NCBI RefSeq assembly: GCF_004010195.1
Contig: NC_057752.1
Coordinates: 4,093,286-4,150,276, forward strand
Reading direction: 5' to 3'
Length of the DNA stretch: 56,991 nt
Origin: Chiloscyllium plagiosum
Lineage: Eukaryota
Shown here: positions 23,691 to 36,897 of the stretch, in pieces
Position numbering within the stretch: position 1 is the first letter of the stretch
Layout: each line of letters starts with the position of its first letter
Made by a program: the position numbers and the translations under genes
Notes under the pieces: model-generated
The model's database searches: none
What the model was told of the DNA's origin: nothing
The model's input: the letters and a program-made list of their open reading frames with translations, nothing else

Positions 23691-24574
23691 AAGTCCTGGG
23701 AGCACATGTTGGTCAGCAAGCTTGTTCACTCTGCTCCTGTTGCTGATTATACAGTGAAGTGTTGAAGGATGAAGGACAGATTATTGGTTGAGGTTTGAAT
23801 ACAGTCTTCCACTCACCTCTACATTGTGGCTGTGGGTCCAAATGGCATTGCAAACTGCTGCAGAAGCATCACTGATTCTTTTCCTTTTGTGCAGTCTACA
23901 GACATTAATACTAGGTTAGCCTCGAGTGATGAGGAAAAGACTATTTTTCCCCATTCTGTACTACAGGATTGCTTTTAGTCAGTGAGAAGATAGGGCCACA
24001 ACTAGCTCACTGTGGTTTGTAATTTGCCTGAAAGCTTTATAATCTTACAGTCTGTGTGTTCTAAACTAAATATTCTGCCTTTAACATTATATGTGCATAA
24101 AAGGACTGAACTTGTGTCAATGGACGTTAAGTGTTGTGGAACAAAATATATTTTAAACACTGTAACCTGGATGTAAGAATATTAAATGAAAGCTTCATGT
24201 AACTAGGATTCAATAGCCTCCTTAAAAGCCCTCTTCTTTGACATAAGGCTTAATGTTTCTCTGAGGTGCGTTGCAGTAAAAATAATGTGCATTACTGTAG
24301 CATATTTAAAGTCGGTGCTTTGAGGGAGCAATTGTCAGACAACATTTGGTGTTCAATGACATAATCGGGTATGAGAGTAGATAACTGAAATCTTGGTAGG
24401 GTTTAGAGAGTGTCATAAAGGAGGGAAGAGAGAGACAAGGAGGAGGAAAGGTCACCAGAAGGAATTCCACAATTTAAGGGTGGGGCAACTGAAGGCACAG
24501 ATGTCAGAATGCAGAATTGGCAGAGTGCAGATCTCTCAGAGGAATGTAGAGATCAAAAGAGACAGATTTGCATT

Positions 24575-24970
24575 AGTATAGTAGTTTTCATGATCATTGG
24601 ACAGCTCAAAACATTTTACAGCCAACATTTTGAGAAGTTGGTACTTTTTGATTTGCAGTCTTTGTTGTAATGTAAGAACCGTTGCAGACAAATTTTGCAC
24701 AGAAAGATCCCACAAATGGCAACGTGACAATAACCAGACAATGTGTGTTGTGTGACAAGGATAAATATTGGGCAAGACAGCAGAAAGCTCTCCCCTGCTC
24801 TCAAATTCAAATATGCGGGATTTCGCATGTCCATCTGCCTGTTGCTGTAGTTTAACATCTCATCTGAGCACCCCAGGCAATGCAGCATTCCCTCAGTACT
24901 GAACTGGAGTGTCAAACTAGATGTCAGGCATCCAAGAAACCTTTCTGGGTGAGATTCTTCAGTAGTGCCA
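24575..24970 (-). mobile_element. DeuSINE
   Basis: ttttacagccaac..tgttgtaatgta..gatcccacaaatggcaacgtg..aatattgggcaagac..ctctcccctgctct..tccctcagtactg. Confidence 0.7.
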
Positions 24971-27267
24971 AACAATAGAACAACAACAAAAGGAAATTAC
25001 TGCTGAGAAATACTTAGCAGACCAGGCAGCATCTATGAAGTGAAACAGAACCAACTTTTCAGGTCATGACTTTACATGAAGAAGTCAATGATTTAGCAGT
25101 TTATGTGAGGTTAAGAATGTGGATGAGGGAACAAGAAAAGACAAACGGAATGGCAGGCAGGAATAACAAAAGGGTTCACAGTGGAGGGTGAAGTTGGAGG
25201 ACTATGGCAGAAGCAGCAACATATCGACATGGAGGAGAACTCCATCACAGTAGCAGAACCATCATCAGCAACTACTCACCTACTCTTTGAGGTTTATCTA
25301 AAGTTATCAAAACCTGTATTGAGGTAAAAGGATGCAAGCTTGTCTTATCAAAAGATACAGTTTATTCCTCAATCTCCCATTGCCCAAACAATGAGCACTT
25401 GACTGTTTTGACTCCATGTTAACCAACAACTGGTCTGCTTGTCCCACCATCCTAAACATTTCCCAGGGAGGCATGCAGACAGCAGAGAGGAAAAGTGTTC
25501 ATTGCCATCTGGCTTGAAAGATGACAGCATAGTGTCTAAGCTACTGTATCTCCAGGCACTCCAGTTAGCTTATTAACACATTTCTCATTTATTACGATCA
25601 TTTTTGAAGCCATTGCCCTCTTGCTTTTGAAGTAATTCAAGAATTTGTCAATCTGGGGAAACAATTGTCATATAGTTGATTATCTCTGCCCTGAGGGGGA
25701 TGAGTGAGTGAGGCATCAATCAAAGTAGAGACCAGGAAGGGTGGGGAGGCTAAACATGCGAAAGGAAGGTCGACGGAATGGGTGTAGTCCAATAACTCAC
25801 TGATACTTAAAGCTTTGCTATGTGTTTGGCAGCTCAAAGGCTTGAATTAACCAGTTCTGACAAGTCTTGTCCTAGGATTCCTCTGAGACTGAATGGGTGC
25901 AGGCATTTTGCTGAGGTGTTTGCAGGTTTTACTTTTTCTCATACAACTCAAGTTTGAATAATGACCAGGTACTGAGGCCCAGAAGAGAGCCAGTCATCAT
26001 TGTACGTGCCCCAACTGTGCTGGAATCACCAATCTCAGCAAGCACAACAGTCAGTGTGCCATAATGGGCTTCAGTGAGGGAAGATTAATATAAAGCATCT
26101 GCCAGTTCCTATACTCTTCACTGGAATCTAGTAACAGTTGTTTGAAAGGTGATGTATATAGACACCAAGGGAGAGCAGGGTTGATGTTACTTCATCACTA
26201 CCACTACCTTTCACCCCAGTTGACCAGTTTCCCAACAGTTAGCACCTGGTAAATAGGCAAACAGCTCCCTACAGTTCTCACCACATGTTTTGGTGATTGT
26301 AGTCATCCTTTCGGACTGCGATGGATGGAGTGAGGATCCTGATATACATTGATAAAGGTGCTTTTGGAGGTGCTGCACCCAATGTCAAACATTTTTCAGG
26401 TATTGTGCACAACTTTATCCTATAAAAGGTTTGAGTGAATTAGGAGAAAGCTAGTGATCGAGATATCATTCTGTTAAAGGGGAGGAGAGAGTTTTAAGGT
26501 TTTATACAAAAGTAAGTACTGTTTAGAGAATAGAAATAAGGCATTTGTGCTCCCCCTTTAATTACAGCAGAATTGGGAGAGGTAAGCTTTGAGGCACTTA
26601 ATTTTAGAGGGTGAGGTGTTACTGGTATCCAGGGAGGAAAATTAAAAATATTTGTGTGTACCTTGCCTGCCCTAGTTTGGTCATTGAACTTCTTTCTGCA
26701 CTGATATGCAATTTTATAGGTGAAAGAATTGGTAATCAGTAGTGATGTCCCCTCCCTCCACACTACCAGGGACATTTTTTTCTCTGGCCTTCTCCATTTT
26801 TGACCTTGCCCAGGAGAGGTTTAGGGTTACTATCATAAACACTGCAACCCCTTCTTTTATCCATCATTAACTCGCCCTTGTCCCCCTTACAGTTATCGGT
26901 GACAGATCCTTGCCATTCCTGAAAGGTGGCAATGAGCAGCCTGGAGTGCAACTCACTGATGGTGAATGGAATAATCCAAATGCTTTGCCACTTATCTGTA
27001 GCTATCCTTGCCTGCTGCTGCTTCCATCTTCCTTTTCAAAGGCTGTACTCAGTACTAAGCACTTCCACTCCCCAGCACATTATTTTGCATGGGATTTATG
27101 CCAATGGATCCTCTAATTCACATGCAAACATGGCGTGCCTTGGAATTTTGGAGAAGTAAGAACAGACATGGTCCAGGCAAAGCTTACTCCATGATTGACA
27201 AAACTCACCATATGGAATTCTGGAACTTATGTCTTTAGTATAATTGAGCAAAGAGTTGTTATCTCAT

Positions 27268-27627
27268 GAGAATAGACAATAGGTGCAGGAGTAGGCCATT
27301 CTGCCCTTCAAGCCTGCACCACCATTCAATATGATCATGGCTGGTCATCCTTAATCAGTATCCTGTTCCTGCCTTATCTCCACAACCCTTGATTCCATTA
27401 TCCTTGAGAGCTCTATCCAACTCTTTCTTGAAATGAATCCAGAGACTGGGCCTCCACTGCCCTCTGGGGAAGAGCATTCCACACAGCCACCACTCTCTGG
27501 GTGAAGAAGTTTCTCCTCATCTCTGTCCTAAATGGTCTACCCCGTATTTCTAAGCTGTGTCCTCTGGTTCGGCACTCACCCATCAGCGGAAACATGTTTC
27601 CTGCCTCCAGAGTGTTCAATCCTTTAA
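27268..27627 (-). mobile_element. CR1 LINE 3' end
   Basis: RTRGHSLEIRGRPFRTEMRRNFFTQRVVAVWNALP; tail ggtgcaggagtaggccattc. Confidence 0.92.
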
Positions 27628-27647
27628 TAGAATAGAATGCAGCCACA

Positions 27648-27976
27648 GTAGAATCGTAAAATTCCTACAATGTAGAAGCAGGTCATTTGGCCATCAAGTC
27701 CACATTGACCCACCGAAGAGCATCCCACCCAGACACAAACCCCCTACTTTATCCCTGCATTTCCCGTGGCTAACTCACCTAGCCTGTGCACTGTGGGCAA
27801 TTTAGTATGGCCAATTCACCTAACCGGCACATCTTTGGACTGTGGGAGGAAAATATAGCACCCAGACATCGGGAGAATATGAAACCTGCACACAAATAGT
27901 CACCCAAGGCTGGGATCAAACCCAGGTCCCTCGCACTATGATGCAGCAGTGCTAACCACTGAGCCACCATGCCACC
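27648..27976 (-). mobile_element. HE1 V-SINE
   Basis: Reverse complement of the HE1 head (gcagtgctaaccactgagccaccatgcc), V-domain and tail. Confidence 0.88.
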
Positions 27977-28094
27977 TGAGTACAGTTTGAATTTATAAAG
28001 TGTCAATGTTGTGGTCAGTCATGGGCAAGATTAAGCTCAAATGACATGGCCTTTTCTTTTTGGAGTTAAATCCACTTTCAAAAAAAATTCAAGG

Positions 28095-31027
28095 ATTGTG
28101 GGGTTCAGCCAGTATTTATTGCACATCCCTAATTGCCCTTGAGCAGAAGGTGGTAAACTGCCTTTTTGAATCACTGCAGTCCATGTGCAGTAGTAGACCC
28201 ATAACACTATGAGGAAGGGAATTCCAGGATTTTGGCCCACCTACACTGAAGGAACAATGATATATTTCCAAGTCAGGATGGTGCATAACTTGAAGGGGAA
28301 ATTGCAGGTGGTGGATCTGCTGCCCTATCCTTTCAGGTGGTAATCATTATGGTTTTGGAAGATGCTGCTTCGGGAACATGGGAGAATTTCTGCAGTGTAT
28401 CTTATGGATGGTATCACTGAGTGTTGGTGGTCAAGGCAGTGAATGTGAGTAGGGTACCAATTGAGCAGGCTGTTTTGTACTGGATGGCATTGAGGGATTT
28501 GAAATTGTTGGAGCTGCACTCATTCAAGTAAGTGGGGAGTATTCCATCCTACTCCTGACCTGTGCCTTGTAGATGGTATCAAGGTCAGAAGTCATGTCAC
28601 ACTGGGTTAGAGTCCAACAGGTTTATTTGAAATCACAAGTTTTTAAAGCACTGCCCCTTCATCAGGTGAAGTGACTGTAACATGGTGTTGTGTGACTTCT
28701 GACCTTGTCCACCCTAGTCCAACACCAGCACCTCCATATTGTAGATGGTGGACAGGTTTTGGGGAGTTAGGAGGTAAGTTACTTGCTGCAGGGTACCTAG
28801 CCTCTGACCTGCTCTTGTTGCCACTGGTTCAGTTCAGTTTCTGATCAATGATAGCCCCCACAATGCTGATTGGGGGGATTCAGTGATGGTAGCACCATTG
28901 AATATCAAGGGGGGGCGAGTTAGATTCCCTCTTGTTACAGATGGTCATTTCCTGACATTTGTGTGGTGCAAATGTTACTTCCCATGTTTCAGTTGAAGCC
29001 TAGATATTGTCCAGGTCTTGCTGCATTTGGAGATGGACAGCTTCAGTATCTGGGGAGTCGTGAATGGTGCTGAACATTGTGCAATCAGTGAACACTTCCA
29101 TTTCTGATCTTATGATGGAAGAACAGTATTGATGTCGCAGCTGAAGATGATTGGATCAAGGATACTACCCTGAGGAACTCCTGCAGAGCTGTTTAGGAGC
29201 TGACATGACTAATGTCCAACAAAGACCATCCTCCCATGTGCCAGGTATGATTCCAACCAGGAGTCTTAACTTGATTCCCATTGATTTCAGTTTTGCTAGG
29301 GCTCCTCAACGCGATACTTGGTCAAATACAGCCTTGATATCAAAGATATTCACTTTCACCTCGCCTTTGGAATCCAATTCCCATATGTGAACCAAGGCTG
29401 TAGTAAGTTTAGGAACTGGGTGGCCTTGGCAGAACCCAAACTGGGCGTCACTGAGAAGGTTATTGCTGAGCAGGTGCTGCTTGATAGCACAATGGATGGC
29501 ACCTTCCATCACTTCACTCATGATCGAAAGTAAATTGATGGGGTGGTAATTGTCCGGGTTGGATTTGTTCTGCTTTTTGTTTACAGCACATATCTGGGTA
29601 ATTTTCCACATTGTCAAGGTGTCATTGTTGTAACTGTACTGGAACAGCTTGGCTCGAGATGCAGCAAATTCTGGAGCACAAGTCTTCAGTACTATTGCTG
29701 GAAGGATGTCAGGGCCCATAGCCTTTCCAATGCCCAGTGTCTCCAACCAATACTTGATATCATGTTGAATGAATTGAATTAGCTGAAGACTGACATCTGT
29801 GATGCTAAGGACCTCTGGAGGAGTCCAAGATGTGTTATCCACTTGGCACTTCTGGCTGAATATTGTTGTGAATGCTTTACCCTTAACTTTTGCGCTGATG
29901 TTTTGGGCTCCTCTGTTCTGGAGGATGGAGATGTTTGTGGGGCCTCCTCTTCTGGTAAATGTCCATCACCATTCATCACTAGATGTGGCAGGACTACAGA
30001 TATTACATCTGATTCATTGGTTGTAGAATTGCTTACCTCTATACATCATTTGCTGTTTATACTGTTTCACTCTGTAACATGATGGAGGGTATTCTCAATG
30101 TGAAGGTAAAATTTCAAGGACTGCACTTTGGTCACTTTTATTGATACTGTCATGGACAAATGCATCTGTGGCAGACAGACTGGTAAGGATGAGATCAAAT
30201 TTGTTTTCCCTCTTATTGGCTCCCTCACTACCTGCTGAACAGCAAATCAAGCAGGTATGTCATTAAATTATACAGCACAGAAGAGGCCCTTTAGAAACCA
30301 ACCAGTTCAATCAGTAGTACGGCTGCCAAGACACCTTTGGTGCTGGGCATTGAAGTTCCCTACCCAGAGTACATTCTGTGCCCTCACCACCCTCAGTGCT
30401 TCCTTAGAGTGCTGTTCAGCATGGAGGAGTACTGATTCATCAGCTGAGGGCAAGCAGTACATGGTGAGCAGTAGTAGGTTTCCATGCCCTTGTCTGATCT
30501 GATGCTGTGAGCCTTCATGATGTCCAGAGTCAATGTTGAGGACTACTAGGGTAGCTGCCTCCCAACTGTATACAAGTGTTCCACAACCTCTGCTGGCTCT
30601 GTCCTGCCAGTGGAACAGGACATAGCCAATGATGGTGATGGTGTTGTCTGAGACGTTGTGTGAAAGATATGACTGTCAGGCTGTTGCTTGAGTAGTCTGT
30701 GAGACAACAATCCCAATTTTGCACTAGTTCCCAGATGTTAGTAAAGAGGATTTTACAGAGGGTTGTTGCCCTTGTCATTTCTGGTGCTTTAGCCATTGCC
30801 AGGTGATCCATGCAGTTTTATTCCATTTTTCCTTTCTAGCATTTGATACATCTGAATAGCTTTCTAGACCATTTCAGGGGCAGTTAAGAGTCAACCACAT
30901 TCCTTGGGTTTGGAGAGCAGGTGATGAAACAAATAGTTATATTCCAATTTTTTAAAAATTAAATTATCCACATCCCCAGAACATTACCTTAGTCTCTGAC
31001 AATATCCACTCGGCCATCACCTCCCCC
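28095..31027 (-). mobile_element. CR1/L2-superfamily (Zenon-like) LINE, near full length, decayed, with tRNA-like 5' head
   Basis: ORF 29306-29842: KAMGPDILPAIVLKTCAPE..KSNPDNYHPINLLS..LLSDAQFGFCQG..DIKAVFDQV; head remnant ggggaggtgatggccgagtgg on the minus strand at 30965-31027. Confidence 0.85.
28578..28738. mobile_element. Palindromic mini-PLE, family A variant, inside the LINE
   Basis: caaggtcagaagtca / tgacttctgaccttg arms; cccttcatcagg core on the minus strand; TSD ttgtagatggt (28567-28577, 28739-28749). Confidence 0.8.
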
Positions 31028-31074
31028 TAACGACTACAACATTGCCTGTTTCTACCAGTGCCTTAGCTCACCTG

Positions 31075-31420
31075 CTTTTGAAACTCTCATTTTGTTTTCA
31101 AATTCCCCAATAACCTTGTCTCTCCCTATCTCTGTCATTTCCTCCAACCCCCAAAACCCTCCAAAATACCTGCACTCCTCCAATTCTGGCCTCTTGCATG
31201 TTCCAAATATAATCACTCCACCATTGATAACTATACATTCAGCTGTCAAGGCCCTAACTCCTGGAATTTCCTTTCCAAACCTCTCATTTTCTAGACTTTC
31301 TTTCTCCTTTTAAATCAATCCTAGAAAACTACTTCTTTGACCCAGGATCTTCGTCATCTCCCATAATATCTCCTTCCAGGCTTCAGGATCAAATTCTGTT
31401 TGGAATATTACATTACATAT
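31075..31420 (+). mobile_element. L2 LINE 3' fragment
   Basis: aaactctcattttgttttcaaattcc..cactcctccaattctggcctcttg..ctctggaatttcc-like, matches other L2 copies. Confidence 0.6.
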
Positions 31421-31560
31421 GAATGCATGTTTTTACTGATGAATATATATGAAATGTTGTTACAAAGTAGGTTCAGAGGAAATATTTCCCCTTTTGTGTC
31501 ACTCACAATAATTCAAAAGAGTAGTAGATAACTTGAAGAACTTTGAGAGCAACTGATGCA

Positions 31561-31795
31561 TAGGATCAACACCACCTGCAAGCTCCCCTCTGAGCCACTC
31601 ACCATTCAGACTTGGAACTATATCACTGTTCTTTCACTATGCCTGGATCAAAATCCTGGAAATCCCTCCCCCAGCATTGTGAATGACCCTACATCCCATA
31701 GACTGCAGCTCGCCAACACCTTCTCAAAGGGCTTTCAGGGAGAGGTATTAAATGCTGACCTAGCCAGTGACACCCATATACCATAAAATAAATAT
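31561..31795 (+). mobile_element. Zenon-like LINE 3' end fragment
   Basis: caccacctgcaagctcccctctgagccactcaccattcagacttggaactatatc matches 17795-17860. Confidence 0.7.
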
Positions 31796-33894
31796 TTAAC
31801 AATTTGGAAAAGTTCTAAAGTTTAGAAACAATTTTCCTATGCTTTATATACCATGACTTGAACCTTTGAGTGATGATAGAATCTTCATATGTTTTTCAAC
31901 CAGAATGAAAAACACATTTGTGCCACTACACTGTAAAACAAAGCTCCGCATGAACTGATACATTTTAATCTTATGATACACAGTTGTTGGGTGATATGCT
32001 GAATTCATTAATGTAAATTGTTTCCACCACAAGTTACTGACAGTAATCACTGCTAATGTTGCCCAGTTCTTGCTCTCAAGACCCAACTCAGGCTTGGAAG
32101 AGCAAATTTATATTCTCGGAGTAGTACAATTGCATATCTTGCAAAACGTTTCTATCACTTCCACATCCTACCATTTCATGATGAAGGGGATGAATATTTG
32201 AAACCAAAGAATATGGGAACAAAATTGTATAATCCCTTACATAAATACATAATTGCTGCATGTCCAAGCATGATTTTAAAGGTTAATGAGAAACCAACAC
32301 TGCAATTATAATAGACCCCACACCCCCTACCTCCAGTGATTAAATTTCTTAAACACATGATCTGACAATACCTACAACATTCTTCGTCAAGTACCATAAA
32401 TTGAACTTAATCTGTCTTAAACTGTGAGGTTAATTTACGTCAGATGGGAGGCGGTCACTTATTCATGGTTGTCTCGTATAAAGCATAATCAATTAAAACT
32501 CAACTGAATAATTGGGTAATTAGAGTGTGGGTAATGGACGTTCTGCTGCATGCAACAGTAATGTCATTACAATTGCTGGAATATGAAGGAACAAGACACC
32601 TTTCAACCCCTTCAGCTTGTTCCACCTTTCAATGAGAACCAAATCAACATTTGGTCTATTTAGCACATTTGTTCCTCGACATTGGAAAACAAGAACCACT
32701 TAAACAGATACATTTCATCTTGTTATACACAGTTTTTGGTGATACTCTGAATTCACCAGTATAAATTGTTTCCACCACTCATGGGAACAATAACTTGCTG
32801 TAACTGCATGTTAGCACAGCATATGTGCTACATCTGTAATAAATGTTTATATTGGTATTCAATGACCAACATGACCAATGTTTGCAGCATCTGACAGTCA
32901 TTGACTGAAAACCCATTTCATAAAACCAACTCCTGTGGTTACTTAGAAGGCATGCTGGCTCATCATCACCTTCTCAAGGACAACTAGGAACATTCAGAGC
33001 TAAGAAAGTTGCTTCAACTGAAAAAGAACAAAAAAAAAAGGCCATAGCTGAAACACTGCGTAAGACACAATGCAATGTTTCCTCTCCCAGCTCATGTCAA
33101 AGTGAAAAGTGCTTTTTCAATATGCAATGGCAAAATTATAAAATTGCAACAGATATGTCTATGCATATATACACTCAGAATGCTGTTGGGAAGAGACTAA
33201 TTTAAAGTGTATTCCACCCACAATCTCTCTGAAGAACAGTAATACACAGACTGCAGAAATTTGAAACACTTTGAACCTCAAGTGAATTTTTTTTTCCCTA
33301 TTATTCATTCATGGGATTGGAGCAGTGCTGGCTGGCCAGAGTTTATTGCCGATCCCCAGCTGCCTTTGAGAAGGTGGTGGTGAGCTGCCTTCTTGAATTG
33401 CTGCAGTCCATTTGCTGTGGTTAAACCTACAATCCCTTTAGGGAGGGCGATCCAGGATTTTGACCCAGTAAAATTGAAGGAATGGCAATATATTTCTAAA
33501 TCAGGTTGGTGTGTGGCTTGGAGGGGAACTTGCAGGCAATTGTGTTCCATGTTTCTGCTGCTCTTGTCCTTTTAGGTGGAAATATTTCTCAGTTTCTTAG
33601 GTGCTGTCTATGGAGCCATGGTGAATTTCTGCAGTGCATCTTGTATTTGGTGCATACTGTTGATACTGATCGTCAGGAGTGGAAGGAGTGGATGCCTGTG
33701 CATGTGATGTCAATCAGGCAGGTTCCTTGAGTGTTGTTGGAGCTGCACCCTCCCCTTCCAAGAAGGTGGGAGTATTCCACCACACTCCTGACTTGTGCCT
33801 TGTAGATGGTGGACAGGCTTTGCAGAGTCAGCAGGTGAGTTACTTGTTGAAGGATTTCTAACCTGACCTGCTCATGTAGCCACTGTATTCATAC

Positions 33895-34080
33895 AGAATC
33901 ACAGACAATGCAGACAGAGGCGATGTTGGCCTATCGAGTCTGCACTGACCTTCCAAAGAGTACCCCCAATTTTCGTGACCTCATATTTACTATGGCTAAT
34001 CCACCTACCTCGCACATTCCTGGATACTACAGGGTAATTTAGCATGGCTAATCCGCCTAACCTGCACATCTTTGGATATG
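33895..34080 (-). mobile_element. HE1-like SINE 3' half
   Basis: gggtaatttagcatggctaatccgcctaacctgcacatctttgga. Confidence 0.75.
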
Positions 34081-34290
34081 ACCAATCCAGTTCAGATTTT
34101 GCTCAGTGGTAACCCCCAGGATATTGATAGTGGGGGAAATCAATGATGGTGATAGCATTGAATGTCAAGGAGTGGTGGTTAGGTTGTCTCATATTGGAGA
34201 TGATCACTGCCTGGTGTTTGTAAGGCAGGAATGTTACTGCCATATATCAGCCCAAACCTGAATATTGTCCAGGTCTTGCTGCATTTGGAC

Positions 34291-34436
34291 ATAGAACATA
34301 GAACATTACAGCGCAGTACAGGCCCTTCGGCCCTCGATGTTGTGCTGACCTATGAAACCAATCTGATGCCCATCTAACCTACACTATTCCATTTTTGTCC
34401 ATATATCTATCCAATAACCATTTAAATGCCCTTAAA
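34291..34436 (-). mobile_element. CR1 3' tail
   Basis: (atagaac)2 tail, cagtacaggcccttcggccctcgatgttgtg. Confidence 0.75.
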
Positions 34437-34589
34437 ATGGACTGCTTCAGTGTCTGAGCAGTTGTAAATCATTGAGACATAGAGGTCTACAGCACAGAAA
34501 CAAGCTCTTTGGCCCACCAAATCTGCGCCAGTCAAAACCAAGTGCTTAACTATTCTTCAGAATAGTTTTTCAGAACTTGGTCCAGTGCC

Positions 34590-35090
34590 CATCTCCATCA
34601 GTGACGACCGACTTGACCTCTCCATCTCCATCAGTGACGACCGACTTGACCTCTCCATCTCCATCAGTGACGACCGACTTGACACTGACATCTTCATCAG
34701 TGACGACCGACTTGACCTCTCCATCTCCATCAGTGACGACCGACTTGACCTCTCCATCTCCATCAGTGACGACCGACTTGACCTCTCCATCTCCATCAGT
34801 GACGACCGACTTGACCTCTCCATCTCCATCAGTGACGACCGACTTGACCTCTCCATCTCCATCAGTGACGACCGACTTGACCTCTCCATCTCCATCAGTG
34901 ACGACCGACTTGACCTCTCCATCTCCATCAGTGACGACCGACTTGACCTCTCCATCTCCATCAGTGACGACCGACTTGACCTCTCCATCTCCATCAGTGA
35001 CGACCGACTTGACCTCTCCATCTCCATCAGTGACGACCGACTTGACCTCTCCATCTCCATCAGTGACGACCGACTTGACACTGACATCTT
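34590..35090 (+). repeat. ~15 x 33-bp tandem repeat of PLE RT sequence
   Basis: Unit gacgaccgacttgacctctccatctccatcagt (DDRLDLSISIS), in frame with the downstream RT. Confidence 0.95.
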
Positions 35091-35609
35091 CTACAAACCC
35101 ACCGACTCCCACAGCGACCTGGATTACACCTCTTCCCACCCTATCTCATGCAAAAATGCCATCCCGTATTCCCAATTCCTCCGCCTCCGCCCTATCTGCT
35201 CCCAGGAGGAGCGGTTCCACCATAGAACACACCAGATGGCCTCCTTCTTTAGAGACCGCAATTTCCCTTCCCACGTGGTTAAAGATGCCCTCCAACGCAT
35301 CTCATCCACACCCCGCACCTCCGCCCTCAGACCCAACCCCACCAACCGCAACAAGGACAGAACGCCCCTAGTGCTCACCTTCCACCCTACCAACCTTCCC
35401 ATAAACCAAATCATCCGCCGACATTTCCGCCACCTCCAAACAGACCCCACCACCAGGGATATATTTCCCTCCCCACCCCTCTCCGCCTCCCGCAAAGACC
35501 GTTCCCNNNNNNNNNNNNNNNNNNNNNNNNNNNNNNNNNNNNNNNNACTCTCTCCCCACCCCCCCCCTCCTCTAGCTTATCTCTCCACGCTTCAGGCTCT
35601 CTGCCTTTA

Positions 35610-35644
35610 TTCCTGATGAAGGGCTTTTGCCCGAAACGTCGATT
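35610..35644 (+). ncRNA. Minimal hammerhead ribozyme motif in the PLE 3' terminus
   Basis: CTGATGA-A-GGGC-TTTT-GCCC-GAAAC-GTC at 35613-35640. Confidence 0.8.
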
Positions 35645-36799
35645 TTGCCTGTCCTCGGATGCTGCCTGAATTGCTGTGCTCTTCCAGCACCACTGATCCA
35701 GTGCCTTGTATGTCTTGGCATCACAAGTGTTCTTTTTTCATTCATTCATAGAGAATCATAGTCAGAGAATCATTGAGTCACACAGCATGGAAACAGACCT
35801 CATCTTAAATCATCATCCTCTGATTCTTTATCCTCCTAGTAGGAACAATCTCTATTTTATCTTGACTCCATGACTTTGAGCACTTCTATTAAATTTCCCC
35901 TGTAACCTTTTCCTCTCTAAACAGAAACCATGTTGTTTACTGTAATCTACCCAGATCATCAAATTCCCTGGAATCATTCTCGTGAATCTTTAGGCATCTT
36001 TCTAGTGACTTCACATTCTTTCTAAAGTGTGGATCCTAGAATTGGACACAATACTATAGTTGATGCCAAGTGTTTTGTAAAAAGGTTCACTGAAACATTC
36101 TTGCATTTGTACTCCAAGCCTTATTTATAAAGCCTAGAATCCCATATGATTTATTAACTACTCTCTAAACCTGTCTTGCCATTTATCAAGGATATTTTAT
36201 GTGTGCAGTTCAGTCCAGTCCATTGAATTGCAAATATATTACTTACTGAAGTCACCTTCTAGATCTTTCCTAATCAAGTTGTCCAGAGAAGTGTCTAATA
36301 TTGCCTCTCCTCATTCTTCCTTCCAAAATTAATCATTTTATATTTAATATATTACATTAAATTTTATCTGGAAAGATATACAGTTCTCATGCTTTTATAT
36401 ATATTGAATACAGGTATTAGAGATAGGTGAAAATCAAAAGGATTTGCTAGGTACTGAATCCAACTGAGCAATATATTTCTTTTACTTGATTCAGAATTAA
36501 AGGAAAGCCGAAAGTAATCACTTCCAGAAGTCCAAAAAACTTACAATGAACTTGTGAAAGAGCTATAACTCCTTCTTCCATCCTGATCCTTCATGGCTAA
36601 GAGGATATATGTTACCTGGTGCCTTGATCTCTGAAGTTGTAGTCCTGATGCTCAACACAGTACAATTATCAGCAAATATTCTCACTTCTCAAGTTAAGAT
36701 GGAGGAAAAGTCATTGACGAAGCAGCTGAAGATGTTTGGACCAAGGACAATAGCTTGTTGTACCTGCATGTTAAAAGGTCATGAGCTGAAACAGTGACT

Positions 36800-36897
36800 C
36801 TCCTACTTCTCTGATGCTGCTTGACCTGCTGTCCTTTTTTCAGCTCCACATTTTATCGACTCTAACTTTCCAGAATCTGCAGTCCTCATTTTCTCCA
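36800..36897 (+). mobile_element. PLE family B terminal fragment
   Basis: gatgctgcttgacctgctgtcctttttcagctccacatttt..tccagaatctgcagtcctcattttctcc. Confidence 0.7.

Larger units (their letters stand above)
34590..35696 (+). mobile_element. Penelope-like retroelement, 5'-truncated (RT C-terminus, gap, 3' terminal repeat)
   Basis: LDTDIFYKPTDSHSDLDYTSSHP..IPYSQFLRLRPICS..PLVLTFHP; family-B terminus; 9-bp TSD tccagtgcc (34581-34589, 35697-35705). Confidence 0.92.

Noticed and set aside
34557..35371. Mucin-like or acidic repeat proteins (SPSPSVTTDLT, VVTDGDGEVKS)
   Set aside because: Alternative frames of the 33-bp PLE stutter; only the DDRLDLSISIS frame joins the RT.
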